Assembly: GCA_963752595.1 (NCBI GenBank)
Contig: CAVVYZ010000005.1
Location: 32,001-96,000 of the forward strand
Direction of reading: 5' to 3'
DNA from: an uncultured delta proteobacterium
GTDB taxonomy: Bacteria; Desulfobacterota; Desulfomonilia; UBA1062
Length of the DNA stretch: 64,000 nucleotides
The notes beneath the pieces are model-generated. The model saw nothing but the letters and a program-made list of their open reading frames with translations, had not been told where the DNA came from and searched no databases. How positions within the stretch are numbered: position 1 is the first letter of the stretch; every line of letters begins with the position of its first letter. A program made the position numbers and the translations under genes. Positions 1-9,796 of this stretch are shown in pieces.

Positions 1-243
1 GGTTGCCCACCTTGTCATGGGGTTTTTTTCTCACAATAACCTTCAGGAGCCCGCATCGAGAAAGTGAACAGCCGTCCTACTCCCCATTGATTAATTCCAT
101 GTTTCCCGGTATGGGAAATCCATGTATACATGCAAAGAAAATGCATGAGCTGAGTTCCCTTAAAAAGACAGTGCACCAGCACTCGGCCGGGGGAAAGAAG
201 TACCCTTCCCGGCTGATAAAAAACAACGGGAAAGGATGGTCAC

Positions 244-1367
244 ATGGCAAGAGTAGCATTTATCGGTTGGCGGGGCATGGTCGGTTCGGTCCTCATGGAC
301 CGGATGACCTCCGAAAAGGATTTCAAAGGTTTCGAGCCCGTGTTCTTCACCACCTCCCAGGTGGGGCAGAAAGGCCCCGGATAGGGCTGGACACCCTGCC
401 GCTCAAGGATGCATACGACATCAAGGAGCTCAAAACCGCCGATATCATCGTCACGTGCCAGGGCGGCGACTATACGAAGAAGGTCTACCCCCAGCTGCAG
501 GAAAGCCCGGCTGGAACGGCTACTGGATCGATGCAGCCTCGGCCCTGCGCATGCAGGACGACAGCATCATCGTGCTCGACCCGGTGAACCGCGAGCGTCA
601 TCGACAAGGGCCTGAAGAAGGGCATCAAAAACTATATCGGCGGTAACTGCACCGTGAGCCTCATGCTCATGGGACTCGGCGGTCTTTTCGAGCAGGGCCT
701 GGTCGAGTGGATAACCTCCATGACCTACCAGGCTGCATCCGGCGCTGGGGCAAAAAACATGCGCGAGCTGATCGAGCAGATGGCCTACATCGGCAAGTCT
801 TCGCAAGAAGCTTCTGGATAATCCCTCATCGGCAGCGCTGGACCTCGACAAGCAGGTGCACCGGCGCGATGCATGAAGACTCATTCCCCACGGAGAATTT
901 CGGGTTCCCCCTGGCCGGCAAGCGTGCATTCCATGGATCGACTCGCGCCCTGGAAAACGGCCAGAGCAGGGAAGAGTGGAAGGGGTATGCGGAGACCAAC
1001 AAGATCCTCGGGCACAAAGAAGCCCATCCCCGTAGACGGCCTCTGCGTGCGGGTAGGCGCCATGCGCTGCCACTCCCAGGCGCTCACCATCAAGCTGAAG
1101 AAGGACCTGCCGCTGGACGAGATAACGGATATCATTCAGAAGGCCAACGACTGGGTGAGGGTGATCCCCAACACCAAGCAAGAAACCCTGAAGAATCTCA
1201 CCCCCGCAGCCGTGACCGGCGGGCTCGAGGTCCCGGTGGGAAGGATCAGGAAGCTCAACATGGGCCCGAAGTACCTCACCTGCTTCACCGTAGGCGACCA
1301 GCTGCTCTGGGGAGCTGCAGAGCCGATCCGGAGGATTCTGAAGATCGTAGTGGATTATCTCTCCTGA
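244..1367 (+). CDS. asd: Aspartate-semialdehyde dehydrogenase (several apparent frameshifts)
   Basis: Starts [18 protein letters not shown]. Fragments in different frames give [47 protein letters not shown] and [13 protein letters not shown]. Confidence 0.93.
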
Positions 1368-1387
1368 GATTAGATCGATTATGTTTC

Positions 1388-1432
1388 AAAAAAGGGTGGA
1401 TGGGGGTTATCAAACCTCCATCCCCTTTTTAT
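1388..1432. terminator. Probable bidirectional intrinsic terminator
   Basis: A-tract, GGATGGGGG/CCTCCATCC stem and T-tract between convergent genes. Confidence 0.65.
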
Positions 1433-1612
1433 TCAATCAGAAAATTTCCGGCAGCTTGGCCTAAGGGGGTTGCCCTTTCTCCCTCTCCACGGTGCACCCG
1501 CAAAGGGAGTCTTAGAGAGGACTTAAGAGGCCCCGGAAATAAATACGCCCCCTCGGAAGGGGGCATGCTCGGGCCTTCCCTGGGCGGCCCTGATATATCG
1601 ACTCCTTTACTT

Positions 1613-2113
1613 CTAAAACGCCATGGAAAACAGCATTGCAATCCAGTTCGGCTTTTTTTCATCAGCCGACTTGATAATTTTTAGGTCTTCTTCCAATGCA
1701 GTGGCCGGGATATAGCCGATAGCCCCATCCGTCCTCTCGATGAAATCGATGATCCCGTCCGAGGTCGAAAATGCCTTCGGGGTCCCGGCCCTGCCGGTGA
1801 ATACCTGTTTCTTCCAGTATAAATCAAACTGCATGGCTGTCTTTCTCACGAAAGTTTCCAGGAACGTCTCGTGCGCCTGTCCGTCTTTCATGGTAACAAA
1901 GCTGATCTTCTGCCCGTCATCCCACACGGTTTTCCTGCCAAGGAATATATCCCTGATGTCGTCCTGGCTTAAAGAACTCGCCGTGACCGACTTGTTGCAG
2001 ACGATGATGACATCTTCCGCATAAGCAAGACCGCCCGAGATGATGAAGAGAAGGACGATTATTGCTAAAATACCGATTAGCGTTCGTTCTTTTCTGCTTT
2101 CCATGGCATCCAT
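1613..2113 (-). CDS. Small periplasmic PBP-like protein (phosphate ABC substrate-binding-like family)
   Basis: Signal peptide, then IIVCNKS..LSQDDIRDIFLGRKTVWDDG..YWKKQVFTG..GAIGYI. The C-terminus may be extended by an indel. Confidence 0.75.
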   Translation of the reverse strand: MDAMESRKERTLIGILAIIVLLFIISGGLAYAEDVIIVCNKSVTASSLSQDDIRDIFLGRKTVWDDGQKISFVTMKDGQAHETFLETFVRKTAMQFDLYWKKQVFTGRAGTPKAFSTSDGIIDFIERTDGAIGYIPATALEEDLKIIKSADEKKPNWIAMLFSMAF

Positions 2114-2307
2114 GCTCCTTACACGTATTTATTCAAATCCATTTGATTCCAAGTCCAGGGAACTACGGGTATTATCGGGGAATGGAAGGTGAAACTTTAC
2201 GGTCTCTTCGTCTATTGTGCAAAGTCACTGGACAGTCAGGGAGTGATGACGGAAACAGCGTCTTCATATTCAAAGATTCACCGGCAGAAAAGAAGCATTG
2301 ATAACCC

Positions 2308-3177
2308 TTACTGCTGGACGGGCTTGTATCCTTTTTGCCGCAGCAGGGCCGGTACACCCTGCTCTCCCACCAGGTGGCCGGCGCCAACGATGATGATGGT
2401 GTCTCCGTCCTTCTTCATCAATTCTTCAATGTGGGAGGCCCAGAGGGAATTTCTCCTGGTGAAAAGCGCATTCCTGATCTCGGGATATTCATCGAGGCTG
2501 ATATTCACGAGTGATTCCATCTTTGCGGTATCACCCTCTTTCCAGGCGTTCATCATCACGGCCGATTGTCCGGCGATGACTTCCAGTTCCTTCAAAGCCT
2601 GTTTCAGAAGGTCTTCCTGCATGTCCCCGAGCGTCTTCGACAGGAGGCCGATCTGATACCGGGCAGACTCGAAAAAGATCGTCTCCTTGCCGTCTTTCTT
2701 CGCTTTCGCAGAGAAATGGGCATCGATGCCCGACCCGGGGTCATACCCCAGACGCTTCAACTCCATACCGCTCAGGCTGACTGCGCACAGCCAGGGCTTG
2801 CACCCGGCAAACCGCGATGCGGGGATGCCTGCCGAGTTAAGCCTTTGTTCGAGGAGGCCGTAAGTCTTTTTCGAGATATGGTCTTTCAGGGAGGTCTTAT
2901 CCTGATACATCCCCTGCGAGATCAGAGCCTGCTGAACCTCCCGGCTGCGTGCCTCCTCCATGTCCGCCTCGAAAACGACCCTCCTGCTCCTCCTGTACGC
3001 ACGCTCTATACGGCTGTCTAAAGGATATGCATCCGGCTTGAGCACATGAACCGAGCCCAGCAGGTGCACGGTTCCTCTCGGCCCTTTCACGGACCAGAGG
3101 AAAACGGGTTTTTTTTCCGCAGCCTGCACTGCCCCGGCGAAAACAATAACTAAGCAGAAGAGTGCGAGCGCCTTCAT
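2308..3177 (-). CDS. TraB/GumN family protein
   Basis: Signal peptide MKALALFCL. Motifs LWSVKG..HLLGSVH, GIDAHF, FESARYQI, RRNSLW and VGAGHLVGEQGV. Confidence 0.88.
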   Translation of the reverse strand: MKALALFCLVIVFAGAVQAAEKKPVFLWSVKGPRGTVHLLGSVHVLKPDAYPLDSRIERAYRRSRRVVFEADMEEARSREVQQALISQGMYQDKTSLKDHISKKTYGLLEQRLNSAGIPASRFAGCKPWLCAVSLSGMELKRLGYDPGSGIDAHFSAKAKKDGKETIFFESARYQIGLLSKTLGDMQEDLLKQALKELEVIAGQSAVMMNAWKEGDTAKMESLVNISLDEYPEIRNALFTRRNSLWASHIEELMKKDGDTIIIVGAGHLVGEQGVPALLRQKGYKPVQQ

Positions 3178-3242
3178 TATGATACCGGCTTTGGTAAATT
3201 CCTTTCTCTTTCCCGGATGCATCATGTGAATAAACCCGGCAT

Positions 3243-4181
3243 TCACTGGGAAATCATGATCACCGGCTCTGACTGCCTGCCCTGTACGACCCGCATACCG
3301 GGAGGGACGTCGCTGGTGAGCCACACGTTTCCGCCGATGACGGCCCCTTTGCCGATGCGGACCCGGCCGAGGACCGTAGTGCCGGAGTAGATGATCACGT
3401 TGTCCTCTACAATTGGATGCCTCGGGATGCCCTTGACGAGCTTGCCTGTCTCGTCCTTGGGGAAGCTCACCGCGCCGAGGGTCACCCCCTGGTAGAGCCG
3501 TACGCTGCGCCCGATCTCGCATGTTTCGCCGATGACCGTGCCTGTCCCATGGTCGATGAAGAACCGCTCTGCGATCTTGGCGCCGGGATGGATATCTATG
3601 CCGGTCTGCGAATGGGCCATTTCGGTGATGATACGGGGAATCATCTCGACACCCAGGGTATGCAGCTCGTGGGCAATGCGGTAATTTGTCACGGCCTTGA
3701 TGCTCGGGTAGCAGAAAACGGCCTCTCCGGGGCTTTTCGCCGCCGGGTCGCCCTCATAGGCGGCGACCACATCGGAAGACATGAGCTTCCTGATCTTTGG
3801 TATGGCGGCTATGAAGCGCCGGGACAAACTCCGGGCCCGCTCTTCACACTCGATGGAAGCCTGCCAGTATGTCATCTCATGTGAAAAACCGATCCCCCGT
3901 TTGATCTGTTCGGAGAGGAGGCGCTCTACCTTTTCGAGGTGGTTCCCGATGATATACGGCATGGATTCGAGCGACATCTCGGAATCGCTGAAATACGCGG
4001 GGAAAATGACCATCCTCAGACGCTCGACAATCTCGGTCAACGCATCGAGGGAGGGCATCACCCTCTCCTCAGTGGGCTTGTGGTAAACGTCCTCGTATGA
4101 TTCGGGCTTGCAGAGTTCGTCGACCACCTTGTGGATGGTCCTCTCTGTCCGGCACATACCTACCCTTCTCTCATCCTCCAT
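3243..4181 (-). CDS. cysE: Serine O-acetyltransferase (EpsC-type CysE)
   Basis: GDPAAKS..YP..YRIAHEL, AHSQTGIDIHPGAKI, FFIDHGTGTVIGET, LYQGVTLGA and RHPIVEDNVIIY. Confidence 0.92.
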   Translation of the reverse strand: MEDERRVGMCRTERTIHKVVDELCKPESYEDVYHKPTEERVMPSLDALTEIVERLRMVIFPAYFSDSEMSLESMPYIIGNHLEKVERLLSEQIKRGIGFSHEMTYWQASIECEERARSLSRRFIAAIPKIRKLMSSDVVAAYEGDPAAKSPGEAVFCYPSIKAVTNYRIAHELHTLGVEMIPRIITEMAHSQTGIDIHPGAKIAERFFIDHGTGTVIGETCEIGRSVRLYQGVTLGAVSFPKDETGKLVKGIPRHPIVEDNVIIYSGTTVLGRVRIGKGAVIGGNVWLTSDVPPGMRVVQGRQSEPVIMISQ

Positions 4182-4237
4182 TATGGTAACCTCCCGGTAA
4201 ATCTCGCAAAAACCGGCTGATCAGCGAAACAAACCGC

Positions 4238-4513
4238 CTATTCGATGTCTCTGCCGCCCGGGGAAAGCGGCGTGACAGGCTGAGTCGGGTCCTTTCTCTT
4301 GTTCCTGTCACGCTTGCGCTCCTGGAGAAGAAACAGGAGGGCTTCAGTGTTGGTCTTTATATGAACAAAAATGCTCTCCAGGCCTTCGAATTTGCTGTGG
4401 TTATCCAGATTGAACTGCAATTGGTCAATAAGCTTCCTGAGAGTCTCCTCATGGAGCTCATGCTTTCTGTTTACGAATACCTTTTTGGCCTCAAGATCCA
4501 TTTCAGAGTCCAT
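4238..4513 (-). CDS. Hypothetical protein (~91 aa)
   Basis: ORF with a GGGGAG RBS before MDSEMDLEAKK; helical composition. Confidence 0.55.
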   Translation of the reverse strand: MDSEMDLEAKKVFVNRKHELHEETLRKLIDQLQFNLDNHSKFEGLESIFVHIKTNTEALLFLLQERKRDRNKRKDPTQPVTPLSPGGRDIE

Positions 4514-4594
4514 GGCTCTCCCCCTTTTGTTTTTATCATCTATAGTGTAAAAAAAATTACCCCATATCCATGCTTTGGTCAACGGATATCATCA

Positions 4595-4636
4595 TTGACA
4601 TGATGTCCTATTTAGGATAGTTCTAATTAGTACTAT
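4595..4636 (+). promoter_or_regulatory. TTGACA element plus a near-perfect 20-bp palindrome, a candidate MarR operator
   Basis: TTGACA at 4595-4600. ATAGTTCTAATTAGTACTAT at 4617-4636 has one mismatched pair and lies ~35 bp upstream of the MarR gene. Confidence 0.55.
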
Positions 4637-4671
4637 AAATGAAAGGAATGCTATCCGGATAAGGAGCGGAA

Positions 4672-5148
4672 ATGAAGCGGAAAGGTGCTTTCATCATTGC
4701 ACAGATGCACCGGATTTCCGGGCGTATCTTTTCCCGGATGCTCAAAAAGTACAAAGTCGATACTATCAGCCCTTCCCAGGGGAGGATCCTGTTTGCCCTG
4801 TGGAACAAGGATGACATCCCTATCCGCGAGCTTGCGGATAGGACTTCTCTGAAAAAATCCACGCTCACGACCATGCTTGATGCCCTCGAAAGCTCGGGAC
4901 ACGTAATTCGGGTTCCATCCGGCACTGACCGGAGGAAGATCCATATCCTCCTCACTGATAAAGACAGACGATTCAGGGAGACCTACCACCAGGTATCCCG
5001 GGAAATGGCCTCACTTTGCTATGCAGGCTTTTCTGAAGAAGAGATCGATGCATTCGAGGGTTTCCTGGAGAGGATTCTCGGAAACCTCAAGCGTATAGAA
5101 TCCGGACATGACACCTTTGCCTTCCTTCCTGGAGGGACAAAACAATGA
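4672..5148 (+). CDS. MarR family transcriptional regulator
   Basis: ISPSQGRILFALW..IRELADRTSLKKSTLTTMLDALE..DRRKIHILLT winged-helix pattern. Confidence 0.92.
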   Translation: MKRKGAFIIAQMHRISGRIFSRMLKKYKVDTISPSQGRILFALWNKDDIPIRELADRTSLKKSTLTTMLDALESSGHVIRVPSGTDRRKIHILLTDKDRRFRETYHQVSREMASLCYAGFSEEEIDAFEGFLERILGNLKRIESGHDTFAFLPGGTKQ

Positions 5149-5945
5149 TAAAGGTTCGTACATCAGGAGAGGTTACCGATTTCTGCATGGGCCGCAGCAT
5201 CGGCCCCCTGGTACCGTATGCCGTGCATGCCTTCCTGATAGGAGACACCCTTATCGATACCGGAACTGCATATGCACGCCGGGAATTCATGGGCGCACTC
5301 GTTGGAAAGCGGGTTTCTGCCGTCATCAATACCCACCACCATGAAGACCATATCGGGAACAACAGGATCATCAAAGATACCTTCGGGGCAGCAATCCATG
5401 CCCATAAAGATTCCCTCCCGTATATGGCTGACCCGGTAACATTAGGGCTCAAAGCCTACCAGCGTTTTGTATGGGGCCTGCCCGAAAAATCCGCAGGCTC
5501 TCCCTTAAGCAGCCGGATCTCAATTGCGGGCACCACGTTTGATGTTATCCCGACTCCCGGGCATTCGCCCGGCCATGTCTGCCTTTATGACCGGGAGACC
5601 GGCAGGCTGTTTACCGGGGATATCTTCTGCGGCCGGCTCGTGCGGTACCTGCGGCAGGATGAAGATTTCCCGCAGATTCTCTCCTCTCTCAAAAACCTTG
5701 CCCGCCTTGATATATCAACAATCTTCTGCGGCCTGAAAGGCATCGTAAATGACGGCAATGCAGCGCTGACCGCAAAGATCGCCTTCATGGAGAACTTGAA
5801 GCAGCAGGTCTGGGAACTTGCCGGCAAGGGCCTTCCCCGGCGGCAAATACGGATAAGCCTTCTCGGGTATGAAGACGCCATGTATTACCTGAGTACCGCC
5901 CATTTCTCCAAGCAGCATGTTATAGATTCCATTCTCGGCGAGTAA
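5145..5945 (+). CDS. MBL-fold metallo-hydrolase
   Basis: LIDTG, THHHEDHIGNN, TPGHSPGH and FTGD. ATGA overlap with the marR gene. Confidence 0.9.
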   Translation: MIKVRTSGEVTDFCMGRSIGPLVPYAVHAFLIGDTLIDTGTAYARREFMGALVGKRVSAVINTHHHEDHIGNNRIIKDTFGAAIHAHKDSLPYMADPVTLGLKAYQRFVWGLPEKSAGSPLSSRISIAGTTFDVIPTPGHSPGHVCLYDRETGRLFTGDIFCGRLVRYLRQDEDFPQILSSLKNLARLDISTIFCGLKGIVNDGNAALTAKIAFMENLKQQVWELAGKGLPRRQIRISLLGYEDAMYYLSTAHFSKQHVIDSILGE

Positions 5946-6213
5946 ACGCAATGATATCCGTGCAGAAGAATCGACATCTCCCTTGAATCTGCCTACCGAG
6001 GACGTTATTATTCATACATCTCCATCCTTCCAAGTCAATACGACCGGCAGGCAGAGAGCTGCTGCCTGGCTGTGGGTACAGTTCTGCGTTTCGAAGACCG
6101 TGGATCTAAAAAAAGTTCACCGTCGGAGGAACGTCGACAGGGAGGTCCACCATCATGTCCGATTATCTCACCGAACACAGGGACGATTACGGCGGTAGCA
6201 CCCGGCGATGCCG

Positions 6214-7167
6214 TCACGCCCTTCCGGGTAAGAGTATGTCCCGCAGGCTGAACCTGCCCACAGGACCAAGCGAGTAGGGCTTTCCGGTTGCGATCGCCCT
6301 GGCTGCGAGTATTCCGCTGCGTACGGCCGGCCCGATGCCTTCACCCATGTCAATGGTTGCGAGGCCTGCTGCATCCCCGACGAGATACGCGTTATCCAGA
6401 TTGACCGGGCCTGTATCCTGCCTGGTATAGTATGCATAACCTCTCGGCGGACAGTCTCCCTGGACTTCGACCGAGAGGTTTTTCAATTTCTCTGCAAAAG
6501 AATTCCAATGGCTCCTGATGCTCATGTGCTTTTTTTTCATCCGGGAATAGTTCCCGCCTATCCCTGCGTTGATATATCCGCCTTCTTTCGGTACGTACCA
6601 GGCATATCCGGGAAGGCCCTGCTCGAAGAACCAGAGGCGGCTCAAACCGTCTTTCCCGCTGTACGGCAGTTCCTTCTCCAGGGCAAGGATGAGAGAATCC
6701 CCGGCCCTCGGCCTTTTATCCTTGAAAAATGCAGCATGGACAGGGCAGAAAGTTCCTCCTGCTCCAACAAGGTGTTTGCAGGCAAAGGCATTGTCGATAA
6801 TATAGGAATTACCTTCCTTTCGGATGTCACGAGCCCGGTGCGTGAATACGGTAACGCCGGTACGCCCGATGAGCCAGGAGTCGAATTCATCTCTCCGGAT
6901 GGAATACTGCCTGGTGGGAAGAGTGAGCCGCTTCCCGAAAGCATTGATTTCCAGCTTCTGCATCGTAAGCATACCGTATGGGTACTCCTGGGGCCGTACG
7001 CCGAGATCTCTCAGGACTGACGGTGTTATCCAGCCCGCACACTGCTTCGCTCTCGGGAAAGATTCCTTGTCGAGAATAATGGCCTGTCTGCCGTGAGATT
7101 TGAGTTTCCATGCACAGCTGGCGCCGGCCGGACCTCCGCCTATGATGATCACCTCTGACTTGACCAC
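6214..7167 (-). CDS. FAD-dependent oxidoreductase, geranylgeranyl reductase family
   Basis: IIIGGGPAGASCA, FPRAKQCAG, RRDEFDSWL, GYAWYVPK and LVGDAAGLA..GEGIGPAVRSG. Confidence 0.88.
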   Translation of the reverse strand: MVKSEVIIIGGGPAGASCAWKLKSHGRQAIILDKESFPRAKQCAGWITPSVLRDLGVRPQEYPYGMLTMQKLEINAFGKRLTLPTRQYSIRRDEFDSWLIGRTGVTVFTHRARDIRKEGNSYIIDNAFACKHLVGAGGTFCPVHAAFFKDKRPRAGDSLILALEKELPYSGKDGLSRLWFFEQGLPGYAWYVPKEGGYINAGIGGNYSRMKKKHMSIRSHWNSFAEKLKNLSVEVQGDCPPRGYAYYTRQDTGPVNLDNAYLVGDAAGLATIDMGEGIGPAVRSGILAARAIATGKPYSLGPVGRFSLRDILLPGRA

Positions 7168-7179
7168 TTCGGTCCCCTT

Positions 7180-8301
7180 TTAGATTAACCGGCATTCCGG
7201 CTGATGCATGCCCGGCTTGGTCATCACCACCTGCCACAGCTGTATATCGCGGGAGCGGAATGCTCCGGCCGAGCTGAGCAGATAGAATCGCCACATTCTG
7301 CGGAAGCGCTCGCCATACCGGTCTTTCAAACCGTTCCAGCTTTTTTCGAAATTTTCATGCCAGGCCATCAGGGTCTTGTCATAATCCGGCCCGAAATTAT
7401 GCCAGTCTTCCATGACAAACAACCCTTCCATTGCCTCGCTGAGCTGAGCGATGGAAGGGATCTGGCCGTTCGGGAAGATATATTTGGCGTACCACGGGTT
7501 TGTGATTTTCATGCTCACATTCCCGCCGATGGTATGGAAAAACCCTATGCCGTCGGCTTTCAATGTACGGTCTACCAGTCCCATGTAATCCCGGTAGTTT
7601 TTATACCCCACATGTTCGAGGATCCCGATTGAGACTACCCTGTCATACTTCCCCTCGACGTCCCGGTAATCCTGCAGCCTGATATCGACCGGGAAGCCTT
7701 GGCAGAGCTCTTTTCCCAGCTTCACCTGCTCTTTGGAAACCGTTACGCCTGTTACCGACGCCCCGTAGCGCTCTGCGGCATACCTGGCAAACGCACCCCA
7801 TCCGCAGCCGAGGTCCAGCACCTTCATCCCGGGCTCTATTTCGACTTTCCGGCACACCAGATCCATCTTTGCAACCTGTGCATCATCAAGGTTATCCGAT
7901 GCCCTCCAGTAGCCGCAGGTATACACCATCCGGGAGTCGAGCATTAGTCGATAGAGATCATTCCCGATGTCATAGTGCCTCTTTCCCACTTCATAGGCCC
8001 TGCCGGTGCTCTGGAGATTAAAGATCCTTGCCTTGAAATTTTCCCAGACAAATCTGAAATCCCCTTTCACCGTTCTTTCAATCCCGGCACGCAGGGCACG
8101 GTCAAAGAACTGATCGATGGACGGGCAATCCCACCACCCGTCCATATATGACTCACCCAGTCCAAGCACGCCTTCACGCAGGACCCGCTCATAAAATTCA
8201 TTGCGGTGCACGGTTATATCCCAGGGGTTATCACCATTGACGCGTATGCCCGATGAAGACAGCAGGTCCTGGATGATATGCTCTGCACCTTGCTTCGGCA
8301 T
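7180..8301 (-). CDS. cfa: Cyclopropane-fatty-acyl-phospholipid synthase family methyltransferase
   Basis: LGLGESYMDGWW, HYDIGNDLY..LDSRMVYTCGYW, VLDLGCGWG, SIGILEHVG, KYIFPNG and RMWRFYL. Confidence 0.9.
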   Translation of the reverse strand: MPKQGAEHIIQDLLSSSGIRVNGDNPWDITVHRNEFYERVLREGVLGLGESYMDGWWDCPSIDQFFDRALRAGIERTVKGDFRFVWENFKARIFNLQSTGRAYEVGKRHYDIGNDLYRLMLDSRMVYTCGYWRASDNLDDAQVAKMDLVCRKVEIEPGMKVLDLGCGWGAFARYAAERYGASVTGVTVSKEQVKLGKELCQGFPVDIRLQDYRDVEGKYDRVVSIGILEHVGYKNYRDYMGLVDRTLKADGIGFFHTIGGNVSMKITNPWYAKYIFPNGQIPSIAQLSEAMEGLFVMEDWHNFGPDYDKTLMAWHENFEKSWNGLKDRYGERFRRMWRFYLLSSAGAFRSRDIQLWQVVMTKPGMHQPECRLI

Positions 8302-8405
8302 GTACCCTCCTTTTTGTCCACAGGCCATGCAGTATTTCATGATAGGGCAGGCAGGACGTTTCTCAAGACCGGGCATTCAGGAAGGTTAATTAAACTATCT
8401 TAATA

Positions 8406-8418
8406 TATCAATAAGTTA
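8406..8418. promoter_or_regulatory. IHF consensus site
   Basis: TATCAATAAGTTA matches WATCAANNNNTTR in the AT-rich region upstream of cfa. Confidence 0.5.
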
Positions 8419-8517
8419 TGAAACATATCCTTGTATATACTTTAACGTTTTGAATTAATTAAAGATATTGCTGTACTTTGCCGAGCTATCCGGTACTCCA
8501 GTAGTTTCATTACATCG

Positions 8518-8552
8518 GCCGGGCGGCGCTCGATGTTGCCCGGCTTTTTTTC
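8518..8552 (+). terminator. Intrinsic terminator on the + strand with no upstream + strand CDS
   Basis: GCCGGGCGGC/GTTGCCCGGC stem followed by a T-run. Confidence 0.65.
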
Positions 8553-8634
8553 CCAGCGGTTCCCCAGGTCATGGGAAAATGAGTATCATACGGGTCTTGG
8601 GCTATGAATTCTCTGGTATCTCTTTGGATTCGGG

Positions 8635-9717
8635 CTATTGATACGTAGCCCTGAAACGGATTACCAGCCTATGGCCGAATCCATCGGCTGATGACCGGTA
8701 TAAAATCTGCTCGTTAACATTGAATGACCAGGATATCCTCACCATATTCTCATCGAGGGGCTCGATTTGGGCATATATTCCCCCCGCTGCAGGGTCCGCC
8801 CCCAATGAAGGTATCAATGCATCATTCATTACTTCGTAATCTTTGAGATAGGTGTGCTCTTTGACAAACTCGCATACCCAGTTCCACTGGGATGCATTCC
8901 CCGATGCCAGGACCTTGCTGAATCCGCTGGAGGCGTCAAAGGTAGCCGAATCGCCCTCAGGGCTTATGATTGCGGGGATTCCTGTCTGAACGAAGGTTGC
9001 ATGCCGGTCGATTATCGCAAGAAGACCTGTCGGTCTCCGGGTGATGGTGAGATTGTAATAGAAGCACGAATCCACACTCCCCTCAATGATGTTGCCATTG
9101 CCTATAAGACAGTCCCCGGTTGTAAACAGAGGAGCCGAGCCATCCGTGGTATTTGTCGGAACACTGGAATCCAGTGTCTGGGAATCTGATGTGTTGATAT
9201 AGACGAGATAGGTGCTGAAGTGTGTTGTGTCAACGATCGCCAGGTTCGTCTTTTCATCCCTCCCGCTTAGCTCCAGTTCCTCCCACCGGCCTGTCCGTTC
9301 GTTATAATAAAGGACACCTGTCTTTGCTTCATTGACGGCCTTGCCGTCCACGATCCCGTCGTTGTTCACATCCGCATAGGGAAGATAGAGCCTTACGGGC
9401 TGCTTGAAGGTAATGCCGTCAGGGCTGAAGCTGATGCACCGGCCTGCTGCCCTGTACCCGTTCGGAAGTGCATGGGGAAGGCCGGTAGATGTAAGACTGA
9501 TGCTCTGATTGCCCTCCAGGGCATTGCGGGGGATGGATACTTGAGCGCCGGATAAACCGCTTCCTTGTTCAGATGTTGCAACGATGCCGCCTTCAGGACC
9601 GATATTAATCCCGGATATTCCTTCCACACCTCCGGTTGAGCTCGATTTCTTGCATGCAGCCTGAAACGACACAAGGATGAGAAGGCCTATGAGAAAACAA
9701 CGGCATCCGGATTTCAT
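8635..9717 (-). CDS. Hypothetical lipoprotein with a ZU5-like N-terminal region
   Basis: Lipobox-like FQAAC. IGPEGG..VSIPRNAL..FSPDGITFKQPVRLYLPY..TTHFSTY pattern and DVNNDG loop. Confidence 0.65.
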   Translation of the reverse strand: MKSGCRCFLIGLLILVSFQAACKKSSSTGGVEGISGINIGPEGGIVATSEQGSGLSGAQVSIPRNALEGNQSISLTSTGLPHALPNGYRAAGRCISFSPDGITFKQPVRLYLPYADVNNDGIVDGKAVNEAKTGVLYYNERTGRWEELELSGRDEKTNLAIVDTTHFSTYLVYINTSDSQTLDSSVPTNTTDGSAPLFTTGDCLIGNGNIIEGSVDSCFYYNLTITRRPTGLLAIIDRHATFVQTGIPAIISPEGDSATFDASSGFSKVLASGNASQWNWVCEFVKEHTYLKDYEVMNDALIPSLGADPAAGGIYAQIEPLDENMVRISWSFNVNEQILYRSSADGFGHRLVIRFRATYQ

Positions 9718-9796
9718 GAAAGATTCCTGCACCTCATTATGTATTGAGTATCCCTGTTCCTGCCGATTTCTTTGCGTTGATGCCCTTATCGTCATA

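Noticed and set aside
100-225. Lysine riboswitch or attenuator upstream of asd
   Set aside because: Small hairpins are present (GCCGGG/CCCGGC), but I saw no L-box consensus and no Lys/Thr-rich leader peptide.
244-1367. asd as a pseudogene or programmed frameshift
   Set aside because: asd is normally essential, the motifs are intact and the indels are many and scattered, which fits long-read or low-coverage consensus error. Read pile-up would confirm.
1444-1540. tRNA, SRP RNA or c-di-GMP riboswitch
   Set aside because: No TTCRA T-loop or CCA end, no SRP GGAA-loop motif, and the GEMM consensus is not matched in order.
1613-1675. Unusual hydrophobic C-terminal tail on the PBP-like protein
   Set aside because: One extra A gives KIIKVG-stop, a more typical end, so the tail is probably an indel artefact.
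5983-6198. 71-aa ORF between the MBL hydrolase and the reductase
   Set aside because: TTG start, no RBS and no motif. It may be a remnant but cannot be supported.
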